This document shows positions 38,001 through 50,327 of a stretch of DNA of 64,000 bases, piece after piece. Made by a program: the position numbers and the translations under genes. The stretch is from Squalus acanthias (Eukaryota): assembly GCA_030390025.1 (NCBI GenBank), contig CM059432.1, positions 48,734,001 to 48,798,000 on the forward strand, written 5' to 3'. The notes beneath the pieces were generated by a model. That model ran no database searches. It was not told the DNA's origin and saw only the letters and a list, made by a program, of their open reading frames with translations. Within the stretch, counting starts at the first letter, position 1. Each line of letters opens with the position of its first letter.

Positions 38001-38667
38001 CTACGGTACCTTCCCGTGCAAGCGCAGGAGATGCAACACCTGCCCTTTTACCTCCTCCTTTCCCACTGTCCAGGGCCCCAAACACTCCTTCCAGGTGAAA
38101 CAGCGATTTAGTTGTACTTCTTGCAATTTAGTATACTGTATTCGCTGCTAACGATGCGGTCTCCTCTACATTGGGGAGACCACTTTGCGGAACACCTCCA
38201 TTCAGTCCGTAAGGGTGACCCCGAGCTTCTGGTCGCTTGTCATTTTAATTCTCTGCTCCACTCCCTCTCTGTCCTCGGCCTCTGTCACTGTTCCAATGAA
38301 GCTCAACGTAAGCTCGAGGAACAGCACCTCATCTTTCGATTCGGCACTTTACAGCCTTCTGGACTCAAAATTGAGTTCAACAGTTTCAGACCATAACCTC
38401 TGCCCTTAGTTTTTCAGGCAGCAACTGTTGATGATTCTGCTATTCTCAGTTGCAACATTTAATCTCTCCTGCCTTCCACCCTATCACAGACTGTGCCTTT
38501 TGTTCTTTCCTCCCCTCCCCCTTTTCCCTGCCTCTGCACCTGCTTAAAGTCTGTTACATCTCTAACTTTTTCCAGTTCTGATGAAGGGTCACAGACCTGA
38601 AATGTTAACTCTGTTTCTCTCTCCATGAATGCTGCCTGGCCTGCTCAGTGTTTACAGCATTTTCTGT
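35013..38667 (+). mobile_element. Essentially full-length Penelope-like element, family B, with upstream pLTR (ORF disrupted)
   Basis: IKPADKGGAVVV, FYLLPKIHK, GRPIVS, GVAMGT, RYIDD, CKRRRCNTC and VYCIRC..YIG motifs. 35013 to about 35650 repeats the 3' end (37955-38667). TGTTAA direct repeat at 35007-35012 and 38668-38673. Confidence 0.92.
38574..38610 (+). ncRNA. Minimal hammerhead motif (PLE family B); a core-mutated twin lies at 35517-35553
   Basis: AGTT-CTGATGA-A-GGGTC(ACA)GACCT-GAAA-TG-TT-AACT. Confidence 0.65.
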
Positions 38668-38754
38668 TGTTAACTTTCAGTGATTTGTGTACAAGGACAC
38701 CCAGGTTTCCCTGAATTCCAACATTTCCCAATTTCTCACCATTTAAAGAATATT

Positions 38755-39650
38755 GGGGGAAAAATTCAGTTGATTGTGCCTCCCGTTAGCGCCTTAAGAG
38801 GGCGCTAATGGGGCGCAACGCAACTAGCGCCTGGGCATGGCGATGTTTGCGCCGCTCGCGAAATTAACTAGACATTTTGCGGCGGCGCTAAACACTACAG
38901 CCACGATCTCCTGCGCCGGCAGATCGTGACGTCAGTCGAGTGCGCAACGCTCCGGTAGCGCCCCGGAGCAGATCTTGAGTGGCGCCCCCTGCCTTACCAC
39001 CTGCCGCTAGCAACGACAGGTTGAGGGGAGCATTTTGCAGTCAGGAAGGGACTGGGGGAGTGCTATTTAAAGGCGACCGTTTCCTGCCTTTTATTGTTGG
39101 TGACATTTTTGAACCACGCATTCTGAGAGAGAGAGAGAGAGAGAGACTTCTGGAGAGATTCAACGCTGTGTGAAGTAGTTTTGGGTACTGAGCAGCACTT
39201 TGCAGGTTCATTTTGATTTGCCCTTACTTGTATCGATTTAGAAGAGACTGTGGGGGCTGCACTCTGAGCTCTTTCCCTGGTACTCTCCATTGTTCTTTCC
39301 AGCAGATTTGATGTACAGGTCTCTCCAGGCCGAGATTCAAGGCTGCAATGAGCAGGATGTGGATGGAAAGCAAGATCAACCCTCCCCTTTAAGAACTGGC
39401 CGGCGCCATTGTGTGTGTGTTCCATTGCTGACTGACATCACATGAGCTTCGCCAGCGCTCTGAGGTAGCGCCTCGCTCCTCGGCCTTTGCGCCTTAAGAC
39501 AGGTGTGAAGTGCCTGATTTAGCGCTCCAATCACCTCCAGGGCGATAAAAGTCAAGTTTGTAGTCGGAGGCGATAATTAGCGCCAGGCGCTAATCTTTGC
39601 GCCCGGCCGATAATTGCGCCCCAAATGGGGCGATACTGAATTTCTTCCCC
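38755..39650 (+). mobile_element. Harbinger-type MITE, GC-rich family 4
   Basis: TIRs GGGGGAAAAATTCAGT / GGGGAAGAAATTCAGT (14 of 16 match), TSD ATT on both sides, many AGCGCC/GGCGCT subterminal motifs. Confidence 0.88.
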
Positions 39651-39875
39651 ATTGTGCTTTTCTATTTTTCTTACCATAGAAAGAAAGACTGGCATTTATA
39701 TAGCGCCTTTCACAGCCTCAGGACGTCCCAAAGCGTTTTACAGCCAATGAAGTACTTATGAAGTGTAGTCACTGTTGTAATGTATGATAACTTCACACTT
39801 CTCCATATTATATTCCATCTGCCATGTTCTTGCCCACTCACCTATCTAAATCCCTGTGCAGCCTCCTTGCGTCAC

Positions 39876-41375
39876 ACCCCTTAGGTTAGGTAGTGGTACA
39901 GGTCTGGTTAGTGGCCAGGGACAGGAGGGTGTGGCTGCAACTCAGGCAGGTAAGGGGACCCCAGGTGCAGTGCTGGAGGAGCCTCAGCCTTTGCACTTGT
40001 CCAACAGGTATGAGGTTCTTGCTGCCTGTGTGGATGAGGGAAAAGCTTGCATGATGGATGAGCAAGCTGACCATGGCACCATGGTGCAGGAGGCCATTCA
40101 AGTGGGGGGCGTGAAAAGGAATGTAGTTGTGGTAGGGAACAATATAGTCAGGGGGATAGATACTGTTCTCTGCAGCTGCGACCGAGAGTTCCGAAGGTTG
40201 TGTTGCCTGCCCGGTGTCAGGGTTAAAGACATTTCCTTGCGGCTGGAGAAGAACTTGGAGTGGGAGGGGCAGGATCCAGTTGTCGTGGTCCACGTAGGAA
40301 CCAACGACATAGGTAGAACTAGGAATGAGGTTCTGCTGAGGGAGTTTAAGGAGCTAGTATCCAAATTAAAAAGCAGAATCTCAAAGGTAATAATCTCTGG
40401 ATTGTTACCTGAGCCACATGCAAATTGGCATAGGGACAAACAGATTAGAGGTTTAAATGTGTGGCTCAAAGAGTGGTGTGGGAGTAAGGGGTTTCAGTTC
40501 ATGGGGCACTGGCACCAGTACTGGGGAAAGAGGGAGCTGTTCCATTGGGACGGGCTCCACTTAAACCGGGCTGGGACCAGTGTCCCGGCGAACCGAATAA
40601 CTAGGGCAGTAGATAGGGCTTTAAACTAATGAAGGGGGGTGGGGGGAGGATTCAGGAAAGAGTAAATTTAAAAGCAGCGAGAGAAATGTCAAGGCTCTTG
40701 AGCAAAGTAGAGTTTTGGGTAAAAATAAGCAGAGTGGGTCAGGAAGGGACTGGTGATAAGGCATCAGTGACTAAGGTGACATCAGGGAAAAATAGAAATA
40801 AGTCAAAGCTAAAGGCACTATATCTGAATGTGCGAAGCATTCGCAATAAATTAGATGAATTAATAACGCAGATAGAAATGAACAGGTTTGATCTAATAGC
40901 CAAAACGGAGACGTGGTTACAAAGTGGCCAAGGTTGGGAACTAAATATTCCAGGATACTTAACTTTTAGAAGAGATAGGCAAAATGGAAAAGGAGGAGGG
41001 GTAGCCCTGTTAATAAAGGATGGGATAAAGACAGTAGAGAGAAAGGATCTTAGCTCCGAAAATCAAGAAGTAGAATCAGTTTTGGTGGAGCTATGAAACA
41101 GCAAGGGGCAGAAAACATTGGTGGGAGTTGTTTATAGGCCCCCAAACAGTAGTTGTAATGTAGGGCAGAGTATAAATCAGGAAATTAGAGGCGCATGTAA
41201 CAACGGTAATACAGTAATCATGGGGGACTTTAATCTATATATAGACTGGGCAAACCAAATTTGCAGTAATAGTGTGGAGGACGAATTCATGGAATGTATG
41301 CAAGATAGTTTTCCAGATCATTATGTTGAGGAACCAACTAGGGAACAGGTTATTTTAGATCTCGTATTGTGCACT
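39876..41375 (+). mobile_element. CR1 5' region: ORF1 SGNH-esterase domain and ORF2 AP endonuclease (disrupted)
   Basis: VVHVGTNDIG and DGLHLN in ORF 39856-40629 (GDS motif changed to GNN); YLNVRSIRNK, TETWL, YRPP and MGDFN downstream. Confidence 0.9.
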
Positions 41376-41377
41376 GA

Positions 41378-41990
41378 GAAATTAGCGCACTTGTGGACCA
41401 AAGCATTATGCAGCGTCTGATAGCCGATTTCTCAGCTTACATTGCAGCACAAGCAGATGTCACCCAATGTCTGAGTGCTGCAGTGGAAGCTCAGACTTCT
41501 GTCATGCAGGCTCAGCTTACTGCCACGCAAGCTCAGATTGCTGGCATTGTGGATGCGGTTATCAGTGTTGAAAGGGGCTTGCAGGGTGTCACAGCAGACC
41601 AGCAATCTGTCCTCCAACAAATTACTAGGATTGCTGAGGCACCGCTCTGGGGGAGTGGCAGTGGTTTGTTGAGCACGAACCTGCTGTCCTCTCTCAGGTT
41701 GACAGCATTCGTGCTCCCACCACTGTCACTCCGCCAGTGCCTTTGCTTTTGCCTGTCAGCCAGCCAGCCCGGATTGCTGCCGCCCATACCGAGATGGTGT
41801 AGTCCGAAGCCGGGCCGTCTAGGCCCAGAGCTGCTCGAGGTTATCCTGCAAGGCCATCTGCAGTCTTCCCCGCTGAAGTTCAGCAGCCTTCCACCAGCTA
41901 TGCTGCAGCCACTGGGGTAGCACTGCGTAGGAGCACTAGGACAGGCAACGGCACACGGAAGACAGGCACAAAGGGAATGCACAAGGGTGA
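41378..41990 (+). pseudogene. Probable C-terminal (coiled-coil, Pro/Ser-rich) part of the Harbinger Myb-like gene
   Basis: Ala/Gln-rich helical ORF 41393-41920 lying tail-to-tail with the transposase. Assignment rests on position and composition only. Confidence 0.5.
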
Positions 41991-42151
41991 TTAGTTGACG
42001 TTTGTATGTAATATTGGATGGTTTGATTTATAAATTTGGTTTAGAATGCTTGTTTTGTGCTGTCTTTTAATTTTGCATTGTGCTGTGATGCTCAGTAACA
42101 GAGGGAAGGTAAGGTGTGGGACTGTAGGTGAATGGGGATTTGGGGTTGTAT

Positions 42152-44039
42152 TCACTGGTACCACAGTCGAATGAGTCGATCACGGACAGCCTGGCCAGAA
42201 AGGGGCTGTGTTGGTTGCATCCACCCTTCCTCCACCTCCTCCTCTTCCCCCTCCTCCTCCTCAGCTCTTCGCTGTATACCTGGTGCAAGGGCTGTGCCCT
42301 CATGGTGGCGAGGTTGTGCAGCATGCAGCAGACCACGACGATTCTTGAGACATGCTCTGGTGAGTACTGCAGGGCTCTTCCAGAGTGGTCCAGGTAGAGG
42401 AGGCATTATTTAAGCACCCTAATGGTCTGCTCGATTAAATTCCATGTGGCAGCATGACTTTCGTTACATGCATGCTGCCCACGTGTGCTTGGGTTGCACA
42501 GACATGGGCCAGGTGGTCAGCGGATAGCTCTTGTCATCCAGTAGCCACCCACTGGTTTATTGTGGTGGATCAAATGCGGATGGTCCAGTGGACTGCCGCA
42601 GAATGAAGGCATCGTGACTGCTGCCAGGATAGCGAGAATTCACTTGCATGATGCACTGAGTATGGTCGCACACCAGCTGGACACTGAGGGAGTGGAATCC
42701 CTTCTGGCTGCGGTACATTTCTGAATTCACATGCAGCGCCTGCAAAGCAATGTGCGTAAAGTCAATGGCACCCTGCACAATGGGGAAGCCTGCAATCCTC
42801 GCGAAGCCGCATGCTCGCTCTGCTTGCTGCTTTCTGGCAAGAGACAATGAAGGGCCAAAAATACTGTGTACTCACCCGTAAGGCGTCCTGAAGTGCCAGT
42901 TTCCTGCATGCACTGCGCATGCGCGGGAAACCGGAACTTCCGGTCTGGTGAAGGGAGCGGTTCATAGGTGAACCGCGTGCGCGGTAGAGGCTGCGCGCAC
43001 GCAGCAAACTTAGGTTTTTTTTCAGGTTTCTACGGGAGGGTAAGTATTGAAGAACCTGCGCTTTTAAAAAGGAGGCGCAGGACCCGTTTTCAATAAGGTA
43101 AGTGGTTAATTAACTATAATTTAAAAAAAATTTCAACAGGTTTATCTTTTTTAGATACTTTAAAGAAAGGTAAGTTTATTTTTAGCACTGTTAAAAAGTA
43201 TTTTAATTTTTTCAAAAATTTAAATTTTTGTTTAAAGTAGTTAATTTATTTAACTTATAGTTATTTTATAAATGTGATGGCTTTTTAAAAATGTATTTGA
43301 AGTTTAGCTGTTCTTTTGGGGCCGATTTTAATTCATAGATTTGACAGGTCTTCCTGTCAAATCTATGCATGAAAGATGGTCTGCTGCCATTGGCTCTCCA
43401 TGGCCCACGTGATCCCAGGGGACGCATCGCACTAACTGCGCCCCTGGGACACGCAAGCACTGCGCGCCGGCACTTGGAGCAGGCCCAGGAGCTGAAGTTC
43501 CCGTGGGCACAGAGGTCAACGGCAGGCGCGGTAGGTAAGCGCGCGTGCGATCCTTACCCCCGCGGCAAGCCGGAGAGGCGAATTTCAGGGCCGAAATGTA
43601 TTCACCTCTTTTTGCACATCGAGCCTGAGTGACCTCCCTTGTGCAACAGTGCATGGCAAATTAGGAGATGTTGGAAATATCACCTGCTCCAGCCTGGAAG
43701 GAGCCCAACACAGAACAATTCATGGCCACACTCACCTTCACAGCCAACGGTAATGCTGTCCTTGCCCTGTTCTGAGGCTGCAGTTCTGCCTGCAACAGGT
43801 GGCAGATTTCAGTGACCACCTCCTTAGTGAAGCGGAGACATTGCACACACTGTTCCTCACTGAGGTTGAGGTAGGAAAATTGCTCCCTGAAGACCCTGGG
43901 CAGATATGGCCTCCTGCTGAGAGCCCTCCTGCCCCTCCTCCTCCTCCCTCTGCGAGCAGCTTATCCTCTCCTTCGCTGCCTGCACTCCATCTCCCTGTCA
44001 TACTCAAGCGTGAGGGGGATCTGCAAGTAAAGTCTCCAT
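42152..44039 (-). pseudogene. PIF/Harbinger DDE transposase (HARBI1-like), disrupted and interrupted by a MITE
   Basis: LRFTKEVVTEIC, GSFQ..AGD, AGFP.VQGAID.TH, KGFHSL.VQLVCD, YPGSSHDAFIL, GWLL.DK.YPL, IEQTI, CCMLHNLA and an acidic tail. Confidence 0.92.
42852..43592 (-). mobile_element. Harbinger-type MITE, family 2 (inverted copy of 57482-58244)
   Basis: GAA duplicated at 42849-42851 and 43593-43595. Removing the insert restores transposase RGEYIS-LSLARKQ. Confidence 0.9.
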
Positions 44040-44113
44040 AATGCTCTATGCAAATAGAGCTAGCGGTTTGAGCAGAACCATTTAAATCAGAAACAAGGCA
44101 TGCTCCACTCACT

Positions 44114-44807
44114 GGGGGCTAGAAATTGGGCACTGTAACACCTCCAGTTATTGCCTCTGGGGGGAGGCGATAATGGGGCGCTAATCACTTACTGACCGGG
44201 CGCGGTGAGAAGATCGACTCCCGCTATATTCGGAAGGAGGTTTGCGGCAGAGGTACGGCGTTGCACCCCGATCTCCTTTGCCCGGAGATTGTGACGTCAT
44301 CGCCGTGCGCATCGTCCCGGTAGTGCCCCGGACCCGAACTTTGGTTCTGCCCCCTGCAGCATCGCCAGGCAAAACCACCGGCAGCTGCAGGAGGCGTTCA
44401 TCCGGAGGCCGGGCGCTTCGGGGGGCGATACTTAAAGGCGAGGTGGCCGAGGTAAGTGGAAAAAATTCTCAAATGCTCTTTCTGGTTTTTTTTCATTTTT
44501 CTTCACCAGCGATCGATCAGTGCATCGGGCCAGATCGCAGCTGCCTTCAGGGACCAGGTAAGTTTTTTCCTTGCAGAGCCTGCAGCGATGGCTCTTCCCT
44601 TTAAGGGAGGGAAGGAACCTTCCAATGCGGCAGCGCTGCACGGCCCACTGTGCAGCACTGCTGAAGTTTCCGCCCCGCCTGCTGCCTGTTGCGCTCCAGG
44701 AAGGAAGTGGAGCACTTGATTTAGCGCTCCCCTTCCTTCCTGGTGCGCAAAACCAAATTTTTTAAAAGTTAGCACCCCAAACGGGGCTATAATTAATTTC
44801 TCCCTCC
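44114..44807 (+). mobile_element. Harbinger-type MITE, GC-rich family 4 relative
   Basis: Ends GGGGCTAGAAATT and AATTTCTCCCTCC. Subterminal blocks (GGCGATAATGGGGCGC, GATTTAGCGCTCC, CCCTTTAAG) are shared with 38755-39650. Confidence 0.75.
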
Positions 44808-46696
44808 AGTCACCTCACCAACTTAAATAACTGTAGAAATCTCCAAACAGTTGCACAAACTTACACAGAGCCAGTAGAAATCAAAATTCAAGTCAGCTGC
44901 AAGTGGTTGCTGATCCCTTTAAATAGCGCTGGTGGGGGGCCCTTCCTGCTGCTGGCTGCATGTTCAGCTGGTTGTGATTTGGAGAGGGCATTGAAGGGAG
45001 CGACGGCGTCTAAAATGGCAGATCATGCGTCAAATCAGCGTTGCACATTGATTGATGTCACAATCTGCCTCATTACCATTTCTCTAGCAAGTGTAGGCAA
45101 TGGCCGCGCAGCCGACCTGCCCAAAATGGTGGCCACTGCGGGACCCGCGAGAAATGGGCAGAAGCGAGTCGGCTGACATTTTTTCTCCAAAATCGGTTTC
45201 ATCAACTGGCACTAAGGTGCCAAATTTCACGGCCCACGTCTTTCATTCGAAAGCTGACTTATTCATTTAAGGTGTGATGATGTTAGTCACTGATGCAGAT
45301 GCCTGCGTAATGTCTATCAGCACTCAAATGCATCTTATCCTCATCACCCATAGTTTATTGTCAATATGATGCATTGAGTTTACTTTTGTATTTTAATTTA
45401 CGGCCAGCCACTGTAAATGAAACACGAGCAGCAGGCAGTATGCTCAAGATTGTTAAAAGCAATTTCAAGAATGGGTTTCAATCTGTGCATTTGGTGCTAC
45501 ATTGTAAAGAGATTCTTGTCTGCAATCTGTAGCACCTAGTAACAAAGGCAGTAAGAATGTAAAGAAAATCAGGCTGATCCACCACCACCACCAGTTCTCC
45601 ACTGGTGCTGAAAATGAAAATTAGCCCAGAGACTTTTCATGACAAAGTTAGAATTCTGTTGTCCTCTGTGATTAATGAGCCACTAACAAAATCATGGCAA
45701 CATGTAGCTTTGAAGTAAGCGATTTATGAAAATGTGACTTCATTATTGGGTCATGAATTCAAGAGGAATTTCACCCCTTTTATGAAAATAAAATGGTACA
45801 ATATGGGCATATGGTATTTTGAAAACATCAAAAATAATTTACATTTTCTTAACTTCTTATATTAATAAGCCAGCTTTCAAATATCAATTGATTATATGGT
45901 AATCATGAGTGTTCCAGCATATTTAATGTTTGATAGCAGATTGAGGGTCTATTATAGCTTAAGGTGCAACTAAGTGCTTTAATGAGTTCCCATATTTCAA
46001 CATAAAACTCACTGGAATATTCATTAAGACTTATTAGTTGATAAAATTAAATTGTGTCACAACTGTTCAGATGGTGTTATCATTTGGGTTTTTATAGAAT
46101 CTCTCTCAATGGTCTAACTGTGGTAGCCACAACTGAACCTTACCCACTAAGATTCAGAATGTGTACCTTTCTAGATATGGTCCTCAAAGAGGTGCATTCC
46201 TGAGAGCTAACAATGATCCCACATTAAACTAAATAAGCAATCTATTTACATTATTTAATGCAGCCTTATGTCACAAAGATTAGCAGTTTATAGACTAAAG
46301 TAACTAGTATCTTACAATTGAATTTTAATATACAAAACAAAAGAAAATCAGCACAAGTATGTAATACAAAAACACACACAGTGAATAGGATGAAGTCATG
46401 GTTGGAACCATGGGCGACACCAGAGGTGACTCTAGATGAGAGGAAAAGTAATTGGACAGGATAATTAATTGTGTTAGGACAGGTAGGAGTGAATCTAGGA
46501 GAGAGGTAGTGAAGGAGGATGAAATGGCCATCTGTATTGTAGGCTGCAGAGAGATTAGGCACATCAGAACAGGAGTAGACCTTTCAGCCCCTCAAGCCTG
46601 TTCCGTCATTCAATTAGATCATGACTGACCTGTATCATACCTCCATTTACCCACCTTGGTTTCATATCCCTTAATATCCTTGCCTAAAAAAAAACA

Positions 46697-48780
46697 CAAA
46701 CATACGAACATACGAATTAGGAGCAGGAGTAGGCCACTCGGCCCCTCGAACCTGCTCCGCCATTCAATAAGATCATGGCTGATCTGATTATTCCACATTC
46801 CCGCCTACCCCCGATAACCTTTCACCCCCTTGCTTACCAAGAATCTATCTACCTCTGCCTTAAAAATATTCAAAGACTCTGCTTCTACCGCCCTCTGAGG
46901 AAGAGAGTGCCAAAGACTCATGACCCTCTGTGAGAAAAAATTTCTCCTCATCTCTGTCTTAAATGGGCGACCCCTTATTTTTAAACAGTGACTCCTAGTT
47001 TTAGATTCTCCCACAAGAGGAAACATCCTCTCCACATCCACCCTGTCCAGACCCTTCAGGATCTTATATGATTCAATCAAGTCACCTCTTACTCTTCTAA
47101 ACTCCAGCGGATACAAGCCTAGCCTGTCCAACCTTTCCTCATAAGACAACCCGCCCATTCCAGGTATTAGTCTAGTAAACCTTCTCTGAACTGCTTCCAA
47201 CGCATTTACATCCTTCCTTAAATAAGGTGACCAATACTGTACACAGTACTCCAGATGTGGTCTCACCAATGCCCTGTATAACTGAAGCATAACCTCCCTA
47301 CTTTTGTATTCAATTCCCCTCGCCATAAACAATAACATTCTATTAGCTTTCCTAATTACTTGCTGTACCTGCATACTAACCTTTTGCGATTCATGCATTA
47401 GGACACCCAGATCCCTCTGCATCTCACAGCTCTGCAATCTCTCACCATTTAAATAATATGCTTCTTTTTTATTCTTCCTGCCAAAATGGACAATTTCACA
47501 TTTTCCCACATTATACTCCATTTGCCAGATCTTTGCCCACTCACTTAACCTATCTATATCCCTTTGTAGCCTCCTTATATCCTCTTCACAATTTACTTTT
47601 CTACCCATCTTTGTGTCATCAGCAAATTTAGCAACCATACCTTCGGTCCCTTCATCCAAGTCATTTATATAAATTGTAAAAAGTTGAGGCCCCAGCACTG
47701 ATCCCTGTGGCACACCACTTGTTACATCTTGCCAATCAGAAAATGACCCATTTATACCTACTCTCTCTTTCCTGTTAGCTAGCCAATCTTCTATCCATGT
47801 CAATATGTTACCCCCTACACCATGAGCTTTTATTTTCTGCAATAACCTTTGATGTGGCACCTTATCAAATGCCTTCTGGCAATCTAAGTACAGTACATCC
47901 ACCAGTTCCCCTTTATCTACAGCACATGTTACTTCCTCAAAGAACTCCAATAAATTGGTTAAACATGATTTCCCTTTCACAAAACCATGTTGACTCTGCC
48001 TGATTACCTTGAACTTTTCTAAGTGCCCTGCTATAACGTCTTTAATAATAGCTTCTAACGTCTTCCCCATGACAGATGTTAGGCTAACTGGCCTGTAGTT
48101 TCCTGCTTTCTGTCTCCCTCCCTTTTTGAATAAAGGAGTTACATTCACTATTTTCTAATCTAATGGAACCTTCCCCGAATCTAGGGAATTTTGGAAAATT
48201 AAAACCAACGCATCAACTATCTCACTAGCCACTTCTTTTAAGACCCTAGGATGAAGTCCATCAGGACCCGGGGACTTGTCAGCCCGCAGCTCCAACAATT
48301 TGCTCAGTACTACTTCCTTGGTGATTGTAATTTTCTTGAGTTCCTCCCTCCCTTCCATTTCCTGATTTACAGCTATTTCCGGGATGTTACTTGTATCCTC
48401 TATAGTGAAGACCGATGCAAAATACCTGTTCAATTCAACTGCCATCTCCTTATTTTTCATTATTAATTCCCCAGACTCACTTTTTATCGGACCAACACTC
48501 ACTTTGTTAACTCTTTTCCTTTTTAAATATCTATAGAAACTCTTACTATCTGTTTTTATATTTCTAGCTAGCTTTCTCTCGTACTCTAATTTTTCTCTCC
48601 TTATTAATCTTTTAGTCATTCTTTGCTGTTTTTTATATTCTGTCCAATCTTCTGACCTGCCACCCATCTTTGCGCAATTATATGCTTTTTTCTTTAAGTT
48701 TGATACTATCTTTAACTTTTTTAGCTATCCACGGATGGTGGGTCCTCCCCTTGGAATTTTTCTTTCTCGTTGGAATGTAT
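46697..48780 (-). mobile_element. Relatively young 5'-truncated CR1 with a nearly intact RT frame
   Basis: ORFs 48155-48667 and 46805-48148 share one frame, separated by a single TAG at a conserved Trp (PLD*KI). All RT motifs are recognisable. Confidence 0.95.
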
Positions 48781-49620
48781 GAATCTCAGTTTTGAAATTT
48801 TCAATTGACCTAGCCTCAACAGCTTTTTGGGGGAGAGAGTTTCAGATTTCCACTACCCTTTGTATGAACAAGTACTTCTTGACATCACCTCTGAACAGCC
48901 TAGCTCTAATTTTAAGGTTATTCCCCCCCTGTTGTGGACTCCTTCACCAGAAGAAATAGTTTCTCTCTATCTACCTATCAAATCCTTTAATCATCTTGAA
49001 CACCTCAATTTGATCACCCCGTAATCTTCTATACTTGAGGGAATATGGAACCTAGTCTATGCAACCTGTACTCATAATTTAACCCATTTAGCCCTGGTAT
49101 CATTCTGGTGAATCTGTGCTGCAACCCCTTAAAGGCCAATATATCCTTCCTGAGGTGCGGTGCCCAGGACTAAACACAGTACTCCAGATGTGGTCTAACC
49201 AGAGCTTTATACAACTGTAGCATAACTTCCACCCATTTGTATTCCAGCCCCTTGAGATGAAGGCTACCTCTGCTCCTCCACAGTTCCTACCTTGGCACCA
49301 TTTAGAAAATACCTTGATCGATCTTTCTTAGATCCAAAGTGGATGACCTCGCACTTCCCCGCGTTAAACTCCATCTGCCACAGTTTTGCTCGCTCACTTA
49401 ATTTATCAATGTCCTTTTGCAACATTTTGCTCCAATCTACATGACTTATGATGCCACCTAACTTAGTGTCATCAGCAAACTTGGATATATGGCTCACTAT
49501 TTCTTCATCTAAGTCATTGCTAAATATCGTGACAATCTGAGGCCCCAGTCCAGATTCCTGGGGGACACAACTAATCACATCCTGCAAAACTGGAGTACAT
49601 AATCATTATCCATACTCTCT

Positions 49621-50327
49621 GGGCTAAAAATTGAGTAGCGCCCCATTTGGAGCGCTAACTTCGCTGGGGCGCTACTTTTAGCATTCTGGAAAAATTAGCG
49701 CCCCCGCGCCAGAACTTGAGTGGTTGTGCCCCAAGAGGGAAGCGGGGTGCTACTGGAAGCACCCCGCATCCCTCTTGGGGCGCTGCGAGTCAATATCGTG
49801 ACGCTACGTGCCGCAGCACATCGCACCGCAGTACTGCAGGCCTTCCTCCCCTTCTTAAAGGGGAGGGGTCTTGTGCAGCGCAACCCGGGGCCCAGCTGGG
49901 CCCCCGGGGATCGGGAGTGCCGGATAAAGAGCCCGGCACTCAAGAGAAGTGCCAGGCTCTTGGAGCACAGCCGGCACTCCAAAGGGGGGGGGGGGGAGGG
50001 GCCATTCAGGAGGCTGGGGACAGGAGTGCAGGCAGGTGCTGGCAGGCGGCCGCAGGTAGGCTCCCTGACCCCGTCGGACGTAGCATCCGGTGGTAAGTCA
50101 GGGGGCGCTCCCAAAGATCGTGGCCGAGGCGCGAGCGGGGCACTGCGCACGGCGATGACGTCATCGCCGGCGGCAGGGCGCTACCGGTTAGCGCCGCCGC
50201 TAACCTCCCACTGAATTTCGGGGGAGGCGTCGGCGGCGCCGCACCCGGGCGCTAGTTGCTTTGCGCCCCCCATTAGCGCCCTAAGAGGGCGCTAATGGGA
50301 GGTGCAAAGCAACCCAATTATTCCCCC
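49621..50327 (-). mobile_element. Harbinger-type MITE, GC-rich family 4 relative
   Basis: Ends GGGCTAAAAATT and AATTATTCCCCC; inverted homolog of 52394-52998. Confidence 0.8.

Larger units (their letters stand above)
34091..39875 (-). mobile_element. CR1 3' part carrying four nested insertions (V-SINE, PLE, MITE, SINE tail)
   Basis: CR1 sequence is colinear across 34091-35012, 38668-38754, 39651-39677 and 39786-39875. Confidence 0.8.
33408..45235. mobile_element. Decayed autonomous PIF/Harbinger transposon (Myb/SANT gene and convergent transposase) split by nested insertions
   Basis: Left end GGGGACTAAATT and right end AATTTCACGGCCC. Myb-like gene pieces lie on +, a DDE transposase on -. 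Joining the two halves into one element is inferred; no clean TSD. Confidence 0.65.

Noticed and set aside
42152..44039. Domesticated host gene HARBI1
   Set aside because: It has stops, frameshifts, a MITE insertion, a terminal repeat and a Myb-like partner, which mark a decayed transposon and not the host gene.
44181..44775. Clusters of overlapping 60-165 aa ORFs in GC-rich segments (also 49695-50214, 52531-52988, 57446-58366)
   Set aside because: These are stop-poor GC-rich MITE interiors. The frames are not conserved between homologous copies and show no recognisable domain.
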